From NCBI GenBank assembly GCA_963667715.1, contig OY763926.1, positions 213,486-277,485 on the forward strand: DNA of 64,000 nucleotides, written 5' to 3'. Positions 38,998 to 49,326 of this stretch are shown one piece after another (positions within the stretch are counted from its first letter, which is position 1; each line of letters opens with the position of its first letter). The position numbers and the translations under genes were made by a program. The notes beneath the pieces were generated by a model. The model searched no databases. It was given only the letters and a program-made list of their open reading frames with translations, and had not been told where the DNA came from. This DNA is from Sedimentisphaerales bacterium (GTDB taxonomy: Bacteria; Planctomycetota; Phycisphaerae; Sedimentisphaerales; SM23-30).

Positions 38998-39016
38998 ATT
39001 ACACCTTTTGTTAGTC

Positions 39017-39904
39017 TTAGCTGACAACTGCTTTGTATATTTCTTCAAGTGCGAGCGGTTTAACTTCCGCCTGACAGTTTATTTCAATGATACGCTTTTC
39101 GATCTCCATCGGCGGGCAGTTGCGTACAATGAGGCTTGCTCTGGAGGAGCTTTGCTGGCTGCTGACGATGTCATCGAAGGGGAGTTTTTCGGGTAGGGTA
39201 CCGCTACCGGCAGATATAGTAACGCGGCAGAACTCTTCGCGCAGTTCGTCGAACCCGCAATCGCGGAGCAGGCCGTTAGTGCCCATGATGAGAACGTGGT
39301 CGATGACTTTTTCAACATCGCTAAGTATATGCGAGGAGATAATAATCGTTCTGTTTTCGTCCTGAATAAGTTCGAGCAGGAAATCGAGGAACTTACTTCT
39401 TGCTATTGGGTCGAGAGCAGATGCCGGTTCATCGAGAATGAGCAGCTCCGGACCGAAGGCGGTAGCGATAAGGATAGAGATGATCTGTCGCTGGCCGGGC
39501 GATAGGCTGCCGACGCGTGATTTGAGCGATATGTTGTAATCTTCAATAAAGCGGTTTTGCAGTTCCATGTTCCAGTTGTCGTAATAAGTTTGTACGTATT
39601 CGAGTAGCTGTTTGACGGTCATCCAGTCGATAAGTTCGCCTTCCTGATGAACGTAACCGATACGACCGAGTTCAGCAGCAGATAGTTTATCGGAGCTGAC
39701 GCCGAAGGTTCTGACACGCCCGAGCTCAGGCAGATACAGTCCGATGATATGTCTGAGCAGCGTACTTTTACCGACGCCATTACTGCCGAGTAAGCCGATG
39801 ATCCTGCCCCTTTTTATTTCGAGGTCGAGATCGTAAAGTACAACATGTTTGCCGAAGCGTTTGCATACTTTTTCCATACTCACAATTGATTCATTATTAT
39901 TCAT
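39017..39904 (-). CDS. ABC transporter ATP-binding protein (ABC-2/DrrA-like), paralog of 7656-8579
   Basis: Walker A GLLGSNGVGKST, signature LSPGQRQIISI, Walker B LLILDEPASALDP. An 8-nt overlap (ATGAATAA) with the gntR stop. Confidence 0.85.
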   Translation of the reverse strand: MNNNESIVSMEKVCKRFGKHVVLYDLDLEIKRGRIIGLLGSNGVGKSTLLRHIIGLYLPELGRVRTFGVSSDKLSAAELGRIGYVHQEGELIDWMTVKQLLEYVQTYYDNWNMELQNRFIEDYNISLKSRVGSLSPGQRQIISILIATAFGPELLILDEPASALDPIARSKFLDFLLELIQDENRTIIISSHILSDVEKVIDHVLIMGTNGLLRDCGFDELREEFCRVTISAGSGTLPEKLPFDDIVSSQQSSSRASLIVRNCPPMEIEKRIIEINCQAEVKPLALEEIYKAVVS

Positions 39905-40316
39905 TGTTTCCCTCTGATTCTGTTTTATCAGGATTAGAATTATCCATCTGTGTTAAACAATCCCTGAAGATCGCAATAGCATCATTTTTATTTATACCCA
40001 TTTGTGCTGCCATGACTGCAGCTTTGTTTGCAATAGAAATGAACAGTTCATTTTTTTTCTTATCAGACTCAGCAGGTAAAGCCTCGGCAACGAAAAGTCC
40101 TATGCCGCGACGGCGTAACAGCAGTCCTTCGCTTTCTAGCTGGGAGTATGCTTTACTAACGGTCATGGGGTTAACTTTTAGCCTGCCGGCGAGATCTCGT
40201 ACAGTTTCTAGCTGCTGGCCGGGCGGCAGCTCGCCGGAGAGTACCTGCTGGGCGACCTGATCGATGATCTGACGATAGATCGGTAAGCCGCTGTGATAGT
40301 CAATGTCTAGTATCAT
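39897..40316 (-). CDS. GntR-family transcriptional regulator, YtrA-like, paralog of 8572-8988
   Basis: LPIYRQIIDQVAQQVLSGELPPGQQLETVRDLAGRLKVNPMTVSKAYSQLESEGLLLRRRGIGLFV. Confidence 0.85.
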   Translation of the reverse strand: MILDIDYHSGLPIYRQIIDQVAQQVLSGELPPGQQLETVRDLAGRLKVNPMTVSKAYSQLESEGLLLRRRGIGLFVAEALPAESDKKKNELFISIANKAAVMAAQMGINKNDAIAIFRDCLTQMDNSNPDKTESEGNNE

Positions 40317-40330
40317 TATTTCGTCCTTAG

Positions 40331-40355
40331 TTTGTAATCATTTTGGGATTACAAA
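40331..40355. promoter_or_regulatory. Candidate GntR operator (perfect 9-N7-9 inverted repeat)
   Basis: TTTGTAATC-attttgg-GATTACAAA, 15-39 nt upstream of the gntR start. Same geometry as 9010-9034. Confidence 0.45.
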
Positions 40356-40489
40356 AGGTTGCAATGTGGTGAGTATGTAAGATTAAGAAGCAATATATGT
40401 ATCTCGCTTATCATTACATGGCTCATATTCCCTTATAATCTGTATATTTGATGTAAAAGCACTGTATTGATTGAATATCAAGCTGTATT

Positions 40490-40513
40490 AGTGTATTACT
40501 TATATAATACACT
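40490..40513. promoter_or_regulatory. Third operator-like palindrome (9-N6-9)
   Basis: AGTGTATTA-cttata-TAATACACT. The half-site matches 8 of 9 positions of the cassette-1 operator ATTGTATTA. Confidence 0.3.
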
Positions 40514-41290
40514 ATACACCTGTATTTATTAGTTGTCAAGTGATGTGAAAAAAAATTTCTACCTATATTACCTTATCCGACTAACATGATATTTATAGGT
40601 TAAGATAAAGTCTGTTTTACTATTAATGAGGTATGAATATTGGTTAAAAATGGATTATTAACCGATAAAAAACTATTTTCTTGTTTATGTTAACGTGGTT
40701 TATGCCGATTTTGGTAAAGAAGGCAAGTTGGAGGTGTGCTTTAACCAAAAAGAGTTACCAATATGCCATTAATGGTTCAATTGTCCAATTTTATTTGTAT
40801 TGTCCAATTGTTATAATAAAAACATACTTAAGTGAATGGAGAGTATTTTAGAAAGATAGTAGATAGGCGTTCTGACCTGTATAGAGAATAGAGAATTGTG
40901 GAGAGGCTTGCGTTTTCTGCAGTATTTTAAATTATCTGCATAAAAGCAAACATGCGTATTTTTGTCTTATTGTATATTTCGAGTACATTGCACCCGTATT
41001 ATATTGCAAGTACTGTTTTCTGGTTATGAGATGTATAATAAGTAGTAATCTGTCGAAGCGGCAGTAATCCCCCTCCGATTTCATTCCCCACAGCATTTAT
41101 CCGCCTGATTTTATTGTGCGATTTAGCATTTTTAATTGTTCAGTATTTTAAGCAAAGCCAGTATTGGCGATTTCATAGAGATTAGAAGTGCTAGAGTATA
41201 TTTAATTAAGAATTGTTTAGAGTAGGATCCTGACGGAGTTGTATCAGTCAGTCCTTGGTTTACCTATATATTTGTACTAGGAGAAATGGA

Positions 41291-43603
41291 ATGAAAAAAT
41301 TTGTATTAGGTTTGTCGCTGCTTTCACTGGCATTTTGTTCAGTAACAGCAAACGCTCAGACCAAAGCGTACTGGCGTTTTGAAAATGGAGTTGTAGGAAC
41401 AGACGTTCAGCATTTAACAGGTGAAGGCGGCATAGCTAACGCCAGTGCTGATATACCAGACCTATCAGGTAATGGTTATGGACTATCAGCGTGGAATACT
41501 GGTGGCGACCCAGGTTACAGATGGGTTGATCGTACAGCTGGTGATATTACACTGACCAATCAGGCCAGCACAATGTCAGTACAGCACGCAGGTAACAATC
41601 CAGGATTCTATACCTTCTCAGAAGAACTACGCAGCTGGAGTCCACAGGCATTTACTATCGAGCTGACATTTAAGCCACGTAATGGTGACCACAGAACATA
41701 TGTTGGTCGTGACAGCTTTGGTACTAATGAGGATACAGAAAACCTTGCAGCACTGTATGTTAAGACCAATCCTGATCAGGATCTGGCATTTTCATACTGT
41801 GACGTAACAGGTGTATGGCATACATGTGTAACTGATCCAGGTGCGGTTCAGGAATACATTCAGGCTAGTGATGAGTTTGGTGATACAATTCCCTGGTACA
41901 CAATGGTTGCAGAAACTGATGGTACTACAATGAGAATTTATCTGCTTAACCATGATGAGCCAGAACTAGGCTATCAGCTTCTGAAGGAAGTAGCAAACTC
42001 GGAAACAGAAAACCCTGCACTGACAACCGGTGCTGGTGGTGCTGGCGACTGGGTTGCAGGTAACTTCACAGTAGGTCGCGGTATGTGGGCTGGCGGTCAT
42101 GGCGATCGTGCTTACGGTCTGATCGACGAAGTACGTCTTTCAGAAGGTTGTCTTGATGTAGATGACTTCCTGTACAGCGGTTACCAGCCAATGGCAACTA
42201 ACCTGACTAGTACTCAGGTTGCAAATACAGCTGATAAGATTGTAGAAACAACATTGAGCTGGAATACAGCGGTAAATGTTAATGGTACAGTAGAATCAAG
42301 CATCGTTGACCAGGTTATGTTCATGAGCACACCAGAAGATCCTAACTTCACATATGTTAAGTCATTCGGTGACCCAGGTGCAACACTGGAAAACACATAT
42401 GCAATGGATCTTGACTTTGACTCAGTATACAAGTGGAATATTGCAACAGTACTAGCTGGCGAAGTTCCATCATTGACACTGAACCAGAGCACAATTTCTG
42501 ATCTTGATCCTAATAATGTTCTTAGTATCGAAACTAATGTTATCGAAACTCTTCCTTCAATGCCAATTATCCTGACTAACCCAGTTGGAACACTGGTAAA
42601 TGAAGGTGAAGCACACAGCATGGAAGTAACAGTTGATTCAATTACAACACCAGTATTTACATGGTATAAGTCTGATGATAATGTAGTATCAGAAGATGAC
42701 GTTGTAGTTGGTACAAATGACGGTGTGCTTGCTCTTGCTGATATCACAGTTGATGATATGGCTTACTACTACTGTGGTGTAGTAAATGACAGTGATGTAG
42801 CGGTATACTCTAATGTTGCACTGCTTGAAGTAGCGAGCATGGTAGCAGAGTTTACTTTTGATAATACACTGATTGACACAGTAAATGGCGTTATTGGTGT
42901 AGGTTTTGTTGGTGAAAACACAGATGTAGAAATGACCTATGAAGAAGGTATGGTAGGCGATGCAATCAGCTTCAATGGTGTTGATGAGCACGTTGAGATC
43001 CCATGCTTTGTACGTAACAGCTACACAATCGAGATGTGGGTTAAGACAACTCAGGCAGCTGGCGGCGGCGACTGGTGGTATGGAGCTGGTCTTGTCGATG
43101 GTGAAATGCCAGGTGGTGTTGCTGATTACGGTATTGTTCTTAGCGATAACAAATTTGCGTACGGTTCAGGTCCAAGCGGAACAACCATCAGATCAGCTAA
43201 GGTTGTAAATGATGGCGACTGGCACTACTGTGTTGCTACTCGTGATGTTGTAAACGGTGATATGGCTATCTATGTTGACGGTCAGTTGGAAGCATCAGCA
43301 ACTAATATAGATGCTGGCGTAACTCAGGCAGTAACTGATATGCTTTCTATCGGTAAGATAAGAAGCGATAGCCGTTTCTATAACGGTCTGATCGATGAAG
43401 TTAAGATCTATAACTATGCGATCGGTGAGTTTGATGTTGCTGCTAAGTATCATGCAATAGATCCAGAAGCTAAGATTTGTATCCAGAGCGTTAAGCCTGA
43501 TACCAAGTTCGACATGAACAATGACTGTATCGTTGATGTTCAGGACCTTGCTAAGATCGCAGCTAACTGGCTTGATTGTGCAATCTACCCAACTTGTTTC
43601 TAA
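41291..43603 (+). CDS. Secreted LamG / Ig-like / LamG protein with C-terminal dockerin-like module
   Basis: Signal peptide MKKFVLGLSLLSLAFCSVTANA. N-terminal LamG-type start (AYWRFENG). Ig-like segment (YYCGVVNDSDVAVYSNVALLEV). The second LamG domain contains YTIEMWVKT, DGDWHYCVATRD, IYVDGQLE and LIDEVKIYNYA. The tail is DMNNDCIVDVQDLAKIAANWLDC. Confidence 0.8.
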   Translation: MKKFVLGLSLLSLAFCSVTANAQTKAYWRFENGVVGTDVQHLTGEGGIANASADIPDLSGNGYGLSAWNTGGDPGYRWVDRTAGDITLTNQASTMSVQHAGNNPGFYTFSEELRSWSPQAFTIELTFKPRNGDHRTYVGRDSFGTNEDTENLAALYVKTNPDQDLAFSYCDVTGVWHTCVTDPGAVQEYIQASDEFGDTIPWYTMVAETDGTTMRIYLLNHDEPELGYQLLKEVANSETENPALTTGAGGAGDWVAGNFTVGRGMWAGGHGDRAYGLIDEVRLSEGCLDVDDFLYSGYQPMATNLTSTQVANTADKIVETTLSWNTAVNVNGTVESSIVDQVMFMSTPEDPNFTYVKSFGDPGATLENTYAMDLDFDSVYKWNIATVLAGEVPSLTLNQSTISDLDPNNVLSIETNVIETLPSMPIILTNPVGTLVNEGEAHSMEVTVDSITTPVFTWYKSDDNVVSEDDVVVGTNDGVLALADITVDDMAYYYCGVVNDSDVAVYSNVALLEVASMVAEFTFDNTLIDTVNGVIGVGFVGENTDVEMTYEEGMVGDAISFNGVDEHVEIPCFVRNSYTIEMWVKTTQAAGGGDWWYGAGLVDGEMPGGVADYGIVLSDNKFAYGSGPSGTTIRSAKVVNDGDWHYCVATRDVVNGDMAIYVDGQLEASATNIDAGVTQAVTDMLSIGKIRSDSRFYNGLIDEVKIYNYAIGEFDVAAKYHAIDPEAKICIQSVKPDTKFDMNNDCIVDVQDLAKIAANWLDCAIYPTCF

Positions 43604-43635
43604 TATATAGTTATTAGATACAACTAAGTAAATCA

Positions 43636-43678
43636 CCAGCAGGTGGGTAAGTTAAATTACCTGCCTGCTGTTTTTTTT
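43636..43678 (+). terminator. Rho-independent terminator of the LamG gene
   Basis: CAGCAGG..CCTGCTG stem followed by T8, about 30 nt after the stop. Confidence 0.75.
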
Positions 43679-43680
43679 GG

Positions 43681-44060
43681 GGGGATGGGGGGTTGAGTGA
43701 TGGGGAGGTGGATTGGACGATTGGGGGTTGGTTTGAGATGATAAAATTAAGATTTTTTACCACAGAGGGCACTGAGAAGAAGAGGATTTCACGCAAAGGC
43801 GCAAGGTGCTTCGCACCCGCAAAGGAAGAAGAATAGTGGCTAGGATGCGAGGATTAATAGGATAAGAGGAAGAGGAGATTGTTTCTTACAGAGACGTGAA
43901 GAGTTGGTTGGCAAAGTTATACCAAGAATCACAAGTCCCGATGTACTTCGGGACTTGTGCTACCTAAAAGGAAGAAGACTAAAGAACCGGCTGAAGGCCG
44001 GAACTCTTGCGCGGGGGGGAGTTGGTGGAGAATGTGGGGTTGGTTTATGAGAAAAGTAAA
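43681..44060 (+). repeat. Mosaic intergenic cluster C10 (d, e, f, g, h-variant, S7, j-variant; lacks module a)
   Basis: TTTGAGATGATAAAATT.., ACCACAGAGGGCACTGAGAAG, CACGCAAAGGCGCAAGGTGCTTCGCACCCGCAAAGG and GCTAGGATGCGAGGATTAATAGGATAAGAGG. Confidence 0.8.
43925..43966 (-). repeat. Class-1 REP S7
   Basis: AGAATCACAAGTCCCGAtgtacTTCGGGACTTGTGCTACCTA. Confidence 0.7.
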
Positions 44061-44257
44061 CAGGCCAGATTTTTGGTCTGGCCTGTTTCCGGAAGATTAG
44101 AATCCGTTCATAATGCGTTAACATGTTTGTATGCTTTGTAAGCAGTGCAATCTTCCGGTACCCACCGCCCCCATCGGCAAAACATTGTTTCAATAATCAG
44201 GATACAATCTTGAGCAGAGCAGTGAAAAATAAAAGTGTGATTGACTGAGTTTGGTAA

Positions 44258-44319
44258 AGTAAGTAATAAGTAACAAGTAACAAGTAACAAGTAACAAGTA
44301 ACAAGTAACAAGTAACAAG
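44258..44319 (+). repeat. Heptamer microsatellite (GTAACAA)n, about 6 perfect plus 2 degenerate units
   Basis: GTAAGTAATAAGTAACAAGTAACAAGTAACAAGTAACAAGTAACAAGTAACAAG. Confidence 0.85.
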
Positions 44320-44355
44320 TTCAGGTTCCGCCCTTTGGGCGAGGCTGATTAATTA

Positions 44356-44515
44356 CTCAAACTGACCGACTGTCAGTTTGAGAGGAGTTAGTATTTAGGA
44401 TTTAGCAATTAGTTGAATAGAATGACTTCAAAAACTAATTACAAACCACCAATCATTAAGCCCTTTGTTGATAGTGTATTACAATATACAAACTGAAGTT
44501 TTCGGTCAGTTTGAG
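44356..44515 (+). mobile_element. MITE-like element X1 (160 bp, 14-bp terminal inverted repeats)
   Basis: Left end CTCAAACTGACCGA, right end TCGGTCAGTTTGAG. Each end also folds locally (CTCAAACTG..CAGTTTGAG). TTAATTA flanks both sides, a possible target-site duplication. Confidence 0.6.
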
Positions 44516-44572
44516 TTAATTATTAGTTATTTGCTTGTGCATGCCTCCATATGAATTTGTAAAGTTCATTAT

Positions 44573-45064
44573 TTAGTACCAAACGGTGACTATGATGTGG
44601 GACTCGGATTTTTTTCCTTCAACAACACCGACGGTCGAGTTTGAGAATTTTACTACTATGTCGGGGTTTTCATCGAGCCATTCGTTTACGGAGTCTTCCA
44701 TGTATTCCATGGCGTTTTCGCTTAGCCGGGAGTGGAAGATTTTCATTCGGCAGGCGCCAGGTGCGCTGGATACGGCCTCTCTGGACCATTGTCTTTCCTT
44801 GCGTTTCTGGTCGGCACCGCCGAAAGCTCTGATCTGAGAAGTGCCTGCGATACCGATCTTGGTCTCGCTATTTGCAACAGCACTGGCAGTTGCGGTAGCG
44901 GTTGCAGTAGCAGGAACTGAGCCGCCGAGGTCCAGATGTATCTTTTCCTCATCGTCAGGGACTGATTCGGGGAATTTGCATACTGGACATTGAATCTTTT
45001 CGCCGATCATAGAAGCTGGCGCTTCGAGATGTTCTTTACACTGGCTGCATTTAAAATAAATCAT
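44573..45064 (-). CDS. Hypothetical zinc-ribbon protein
   Basis: N-terminal CSQC..17..CPVC ribbon, similar in layout to 13592-14524, followed by an Ala/Thr linker and an alpha/beta C-terminal domain. Confidence 0.55.
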   Translation of the reverse strand: MIYFKCSQCKEHLEAPASMIGEKIQCPVCKFPESVPDDEEKIHLDLGGSVPATATATATASAVANSETKIGIAGTSQIRAFGGADQKRKERQWSREAVSSAPGACRMKIFHSRLSENAMEYMEDSVNEWLDENPDIVVKFSNSTVGVVEGKKSESHIIVTVWY

Positions 45065-45391
45065 ATCACCTCCACCAAAATAAGAGCTATAAATTACTAA
45101 TTTATATATATTTATGAAAAAGAGTGAGAATGAATATAAGCATTATGGCCGAACAATTAGATAGTCATTTTTATGTTCGCAAGCAAAAGACATTCAGCAC
45201 AGAAATTAGTTATCTTATTCTAACAAGTTGTCGGTAAAGCATTTACGAATATTTATGAACGTTTAGAAATTACGTTCGTGAAAACTTATAATATGATTAT
45301 AACATATGGGAGGGTGAAGACAATGGAAAAAGTTTGGGAAGTTTGTAAGTGAAGAAGTGTAAAAGTGTAGAGGTGCAGAAGTATAATAGGG

Positions 45392-45423
45392 GGGAAAAAT
45401 TAGCGGCCCGGGTTGGGGGCCGC
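45392..45423 (-). terminator. Intrinsic-terminator-like hairpin downstream of the TPR-protein gene
   Basis: Minus strand: GCGGCCC-caacc-GGGCCGC followed by TAATTTTT. Confidence 0.5.
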
Positions 45424-45518
45424 TTAATAGAGGTTAGTAAATGATTCACAAATACTTTTCTAAGGGAAAAAAGCTATGAAGCTTGTTGCTTTCAAGTATT
45501 ATATAGCCAAAGTTGCAA

Positions 45519-47006
45519 CTATTTCAATAAGTCGCCCCAATGTTCATCGTTTTCATTTACCTGATTTACTTTATTTAATATGATTGTGGCGTTTTCAAGG
45601 TCTCCGAGTTTGAGATCGCAATACATAAGGCCAAGCAGTGCCTTGCGATGGTTAGGATATTTTTCCAGGAAGATATTGAAGTTATCCCTGGCCATTTCAA
45701 ACTTTCCCTGCAGGTACAGCACGTCGGCAAGCTGATAATAAGCTGGAATAAATGATGGCTCCATGGCCACGACCTGTTCAAAGAGCATGCGGGCACGTTC
45801 GTATTCGCCGCGGTCGTAAGATTCCATGCCCAGCTGTAGATAGTCGGCAGCTCTGCCGTTTAGGGTTGGGTTTTTATGTTCAGTGTATAAATTGTTTGGT
45901 GCAGAAGCGATCATTTTCTTAACCGCAGGCTCGACGAGGTACTTTGACTGGTCTGGCATAGCCTGCTGGTTGAGGTTGTAATTCTGATCGTAGGTTGGGG
46001 TAGTCAGGCTGTTTTGCTGGCTACCTTGTCCAAAAGGAACGATACCAACATCACGCGGGCTGAACTTTTCTGGGTCAGGTGTAATGGTGTCGGATGGCTG
46101 TTGAGCTTTTCCGATATCAGTAGAAACCAGTGGACTGTCAGTTTGGAACTGTGGCAGGCCCTGATACTGGCTTTGGTCATCTATAGCGTAAGTGCTTGTA
46201 TCGTAAGGGTTTGGTCTGACATAGGTTTCGGAAGGAGTAACATAAACAAGCTTTGTTACAGCTTCTTCGACATTGCCGGCTTTATCCGAGCAGGTGAGTT
46301 TGAAGCATACCGGCCCTTTAACGGAGTCCGGAATATTCCATGAGAAGCTATCAAATGATTTAAGGGAATCTCCGAGCAGATGCCATTGCTGGCCGCCGGC
46401 TTCGATCCAGTATAGCTGAGCAGGTGAGTCGGCGAGGAAATTATCAAAGACATTCCACTGTATGACCACGAGCTTTTCGCCGTTGGTTAGATTCTGTATA
46501 AGTGGCTCGTGCATAAAGATCTGTGGCTTGGTATAGTCGACAAATAGTGTAGTTTGTGGTGGTACCGAAGCGGGTATTGTATCAGAAGCTTGTGCGGTAT
46601 TGCCGGAGGAGCCCTGGAAGTATCTTATGCCGTTGACGTCAACAGGGACGATGAGGAATCTCCATACACCTTCGCTGGCGACGGTGAAGTCAACAGGTGG
46701 GGTACGGTCGAGGTCATAATCGTATAACTGCCATGGGCCGGACTTCCCTTTACCGCACCAAAGCTCGATACGGCTGACATATTTCATACTCTGCGGATCG
46801 ATCTCGTAATTTATACTAAATCGGTCGGCGGTAACGGCGGAGAGTCCTTCAATGTCAGTTTTGGATTCGGAATTTAGAATTGGCGGCTGAGAAAGAGAAG
46901 GAAGAGCCCTGGCGTCAGAATTATCAGCGGCAAAAGCCAACGAAGCTGCTGCAGAAATAACAGAAGCTGCGACAGGTAATATTGCTGATTTGTAATGCCT
47001 ATCCAT
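45519..47006 (-). CDS. Secreted protein with C-terminal TPR repeats (hypothetical)
   Basis: Start set at MDRHYKSAILPVAASVISAAASLAFA (signal peptide). The C-terminal ~130 aa has a TPR-like pattern (ADYLQLGMESYDRGEYERARMLFEQVVAMEP...). Confidence 0.6.
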   Translation of the reverse strand: MDRHYKSAILPVAASVISAAASLAFAADNSDARALPSLSQPPILNSESKTDIEGLSAVTADRFSINYEIDPQSMKYVSRIELWCGKGKSGPWQLYDYDLDRTPPVDFTVASEGVWRFLIVPVDVNGIRYFQGSSGNTAQASDTIPASVPPQTTLFVDYTKPQIFMHEPLIQNLTNGEKLVVIQWNVFDNFLADSPAQLYWIEAGGQQWHLLGDSLKSFDSFSWNIPDSVKGPVCFKLTCSDKAGNVEEAVTKLVYVTPSETYVRPNPYDTSTYAIDDQSQYQGLPQFQTDSPLVSTDIGKAQQPSDTITPDPEKFSPRDVGIVPFGQGSQQNSLTTPTYDQNYNLNQQAMPDQSKYLVEPAVKKMIASAPNNLYTEHKNPTLNGRAADYLQLGMESYDRGEYERARMLFEQVVAMEPSFIPAYYQLADVLYLQGKFEMARDNFNIFLEKYPNHRKALLGLMYCDLKLGDLENATIILNKVNQVNENDEHWGDLLK

Positions 47007-47394
47007 GGCGAAAGAACCTTTCCGTAATATTGCCAACGATCCGCCAGGAAAAACCAAACCATTATGGCGGAATAATTGCAAATAAGAGTAATCGGAAGCG
47101 AGCTTCCTTAATCCTATCCTTGACAACCAGCTAAATTTTAATACAAGAAAGTATAAGTGTCCAATAAAATATTGGCGTGCTTTGAATATGTTCGGATAGT
47201 AGAGTGCAAAAACTTTAATTAATCCACATGTTATCCACATGTTATTTAAATATGTGTATTAATTAAGGTTATGGGTGGGGGTATAGCCGAGAATTAATTA
47301 ATTTTTCTCGGTGTTGTATGTAAGTTGTTAAGAAGTTTTCCACATGTTATTAACTTTTAAACAGAGATTCCTGTGAGATTGTGTTAGGAATGGT

Positions 47395-47785
47395 GAGTTT
47401 TCCACAGATTTAGTCCAAGGTGTTCGCTACCGCGAACTGCTGATTGATTAATTTACACAGATTAGAGTAGGAAGAGAAATAGGAGTTTAACGCAAGGACG
47501 CGAAGACGCAAAGGGTTGGTTGGGAAATAAGGAAGAAGGCTGGAGAATCCCGATAAATCGGGAACTCTTGCGTGGGGGGAGTGGGTTGGCGATTTGGGTT
47601 GGTTTGGATGAGATGCGTGGCTTTTTATTTGTATTCGCTTTGCTCATGGCTTGGAAATCAAACTAAAGGGTGTGTTGCCTAAAAGAGTAAGTCAGAATAT
47701 TGTGTAACTTATACACCAGATTCATTGAGATGGTTGGCAAAGTTATACCAAGAATCACAAGCGAGGACGCTTGTGCTACTCATGG
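47395..47785 (+). repeat. Mosaic intergenic cluster C11 (a, c, j, S8)
   Basis: Module a is at 47401-47470. Module j has loop variant TCCCGATAAATCGGGA. Confidence 0.8.
47751..47782 (-). repeat. Class-1 REP S8
   Basis: AGAATCACAAGCgaggacGCTTGTGCTACTCA; the stem and loop are identical to S2. Confidence 0.7.
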
Positions 47786-47947
47786 GCAACACGCCCTAAA
47801 GTTTGAACTCTTAACGCTTCACGAGGTGATTTGGTGTTGTGGTGGGGGAATGGATTGATTTATTTGGGTGTGTGTGCTATTATTTTATGGTAAATCTGTG
47901 TATTTTAGGTGGTTAGACATTCACTATACTAACAATTGAGGGAACAA

Positions 47948-49165
47948 ATGGGTTCATTATTATTGGCTAAGATCAAGTGGACGGTAATAGGTAATAGTAG
48001 TTATGACATGCTGATGAAGGTGCTGATGTGCCTGGCGGTGTGGGGGGTGTCGTTATTTATTTGCAAGAAATTGGTGGTACCATTGTTACATCGCTTGGTC
48101 AAGCGTACGCCGTATGATTGGGATGATGTGCTGGCAGATTGTAAGGTATTTGAGAAGCTGGTCCATGTAGCGGTTGGTTTGGCCGTGTACTTTATGGCTT
48201 TGTGGGGGGTAAATGCGGTGTTGCTGATGCAGCTGGCGATGGTGTATTTGCTGTTTGCGTGTCTGCTGAGTTGTTGTGCGTTTCTGGATGCGGTAGTGAT
48301 ATTGTATGGTCGGTTGAAATATTCCGATAAACTTCCGATCAAGGTATTTGTCCAGGTTGCGAAGATATTGCTCTGGATAACAACTGTAATATTGGCAATC
48401 TCGGTGCTGATCGGTCAGAACCCTGGTTATCTGCTGACAGGTTTGGGAGCGATGACTGCGGTGATCTTATTGATCTTTAAGGATTCGATACTCGGGCTGG
48501 TAGCGGGTATTCAGCTGTCGACGAATGATATGGTGCGGGTTGGCGACTGGGTCGAGATGCCGAAATATGGCGCGGACGGTGATGTTATAGATATATCACT
48601 GACGACGGTAAAGGTTCAAAACTGGGATAAGACAATTACGACGATCCCGACGTATACGATGGTGTCAGATTCGTTTAAGAACTGGCGTGGTATGAGTATG
48701 TCGGGCGGGCGTCGGATCAAGAGGTGTATTAATCTTGATATGCGTTCGGTGAAATTTTGCGATGAGGGGATGCTGGAGCGGTTTTCGAGTTTTCGGCATG
48801 TGAGTGAGCATATAGCGAAGAAGAAAGAAGAGCTTGCGAAGTTTAACGCAGAAAATGGTATAGATGATAGTGTGTTGGTGAATGGTCGTCGGATAACGAA
48901 CCTGGGCACGTTCCGGGCGTACCTGGAAGGGTATCTGAGGAATCATCCGATGATCAATAAGGAGATGACGTTTTTAGTGAGGCATCTGCAGCCAAGTGAG
49001 AATGGGCTGCCGATCGAGATATATGTATTTAGCAGTGATAAGGTATGGGCGAACTATGAAGGGATCCAGGCAGATATATTTGACCATATACTTGCGGTTG
49101 TGCCTGAGTTTGATCTGAAGGTGTTTCAGAGTCCGACTGGTGGAGATTTTGAGAAGTTGGTGTAG
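47948..49165 (+). CDS. Mechanosensitive ion channel family protein (MscS-like)
   Basis: TM segments, then the MscS core LIFKDSILGLVAGIQLSTNDMVRVGDWVEM..GDVIDISLTTVKVQNWDKTITTIPT. Confidence 0.85.
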   Translation: MGSLLLAKIKWTVIGNSSYDMLMKVLMCLAVWGVSLFICKKLVVPLLHRLVKRTPYDWDDVLADCKVFEKLVHVAVGLAVYFMALWGVNAVLLMQLAMVYLLFACLLSCCAFLDAVVILYGRLKYSDKLPIKVFVQVAKILLWITTVILAISVLIGQNPGYLLTGLGAMTAVILLIFKDSILGLVAGIQLSTNDMVRVGDWVEMPKYGADGDVIDISLTTVKVQNWDKTITTIPTYTMVSDSFKNWRGMSMSGGRRIKRCINLDMRSVKFCDEGMLERFSSFRHVSEHIAKKKEELAKFNAENGIDDSVLVNGRRITNLGTFRAYLEGYLRNHPMINKEMTFLVRHLQPSENGLPIEIYVFSSDKVWANYEGIQADIFDHILAVVPEFDLKVFQSPTGGDFEKLV

Positions 49166-49326
49166 TTTTTTATTATCCACAGATTTTTTTTAAGGGGTTC
49201 GCTACCGCGAACGGCTGATTGATTAATTTACACAGATTAAGAAGAAGAGTAATTAAGAGTTATTTTTGCTATGAAGGTTATGGAGAGGGAAGGATGTGTG
49301 AAAAAGTGCGAAGTGCGAAGTGCGAA

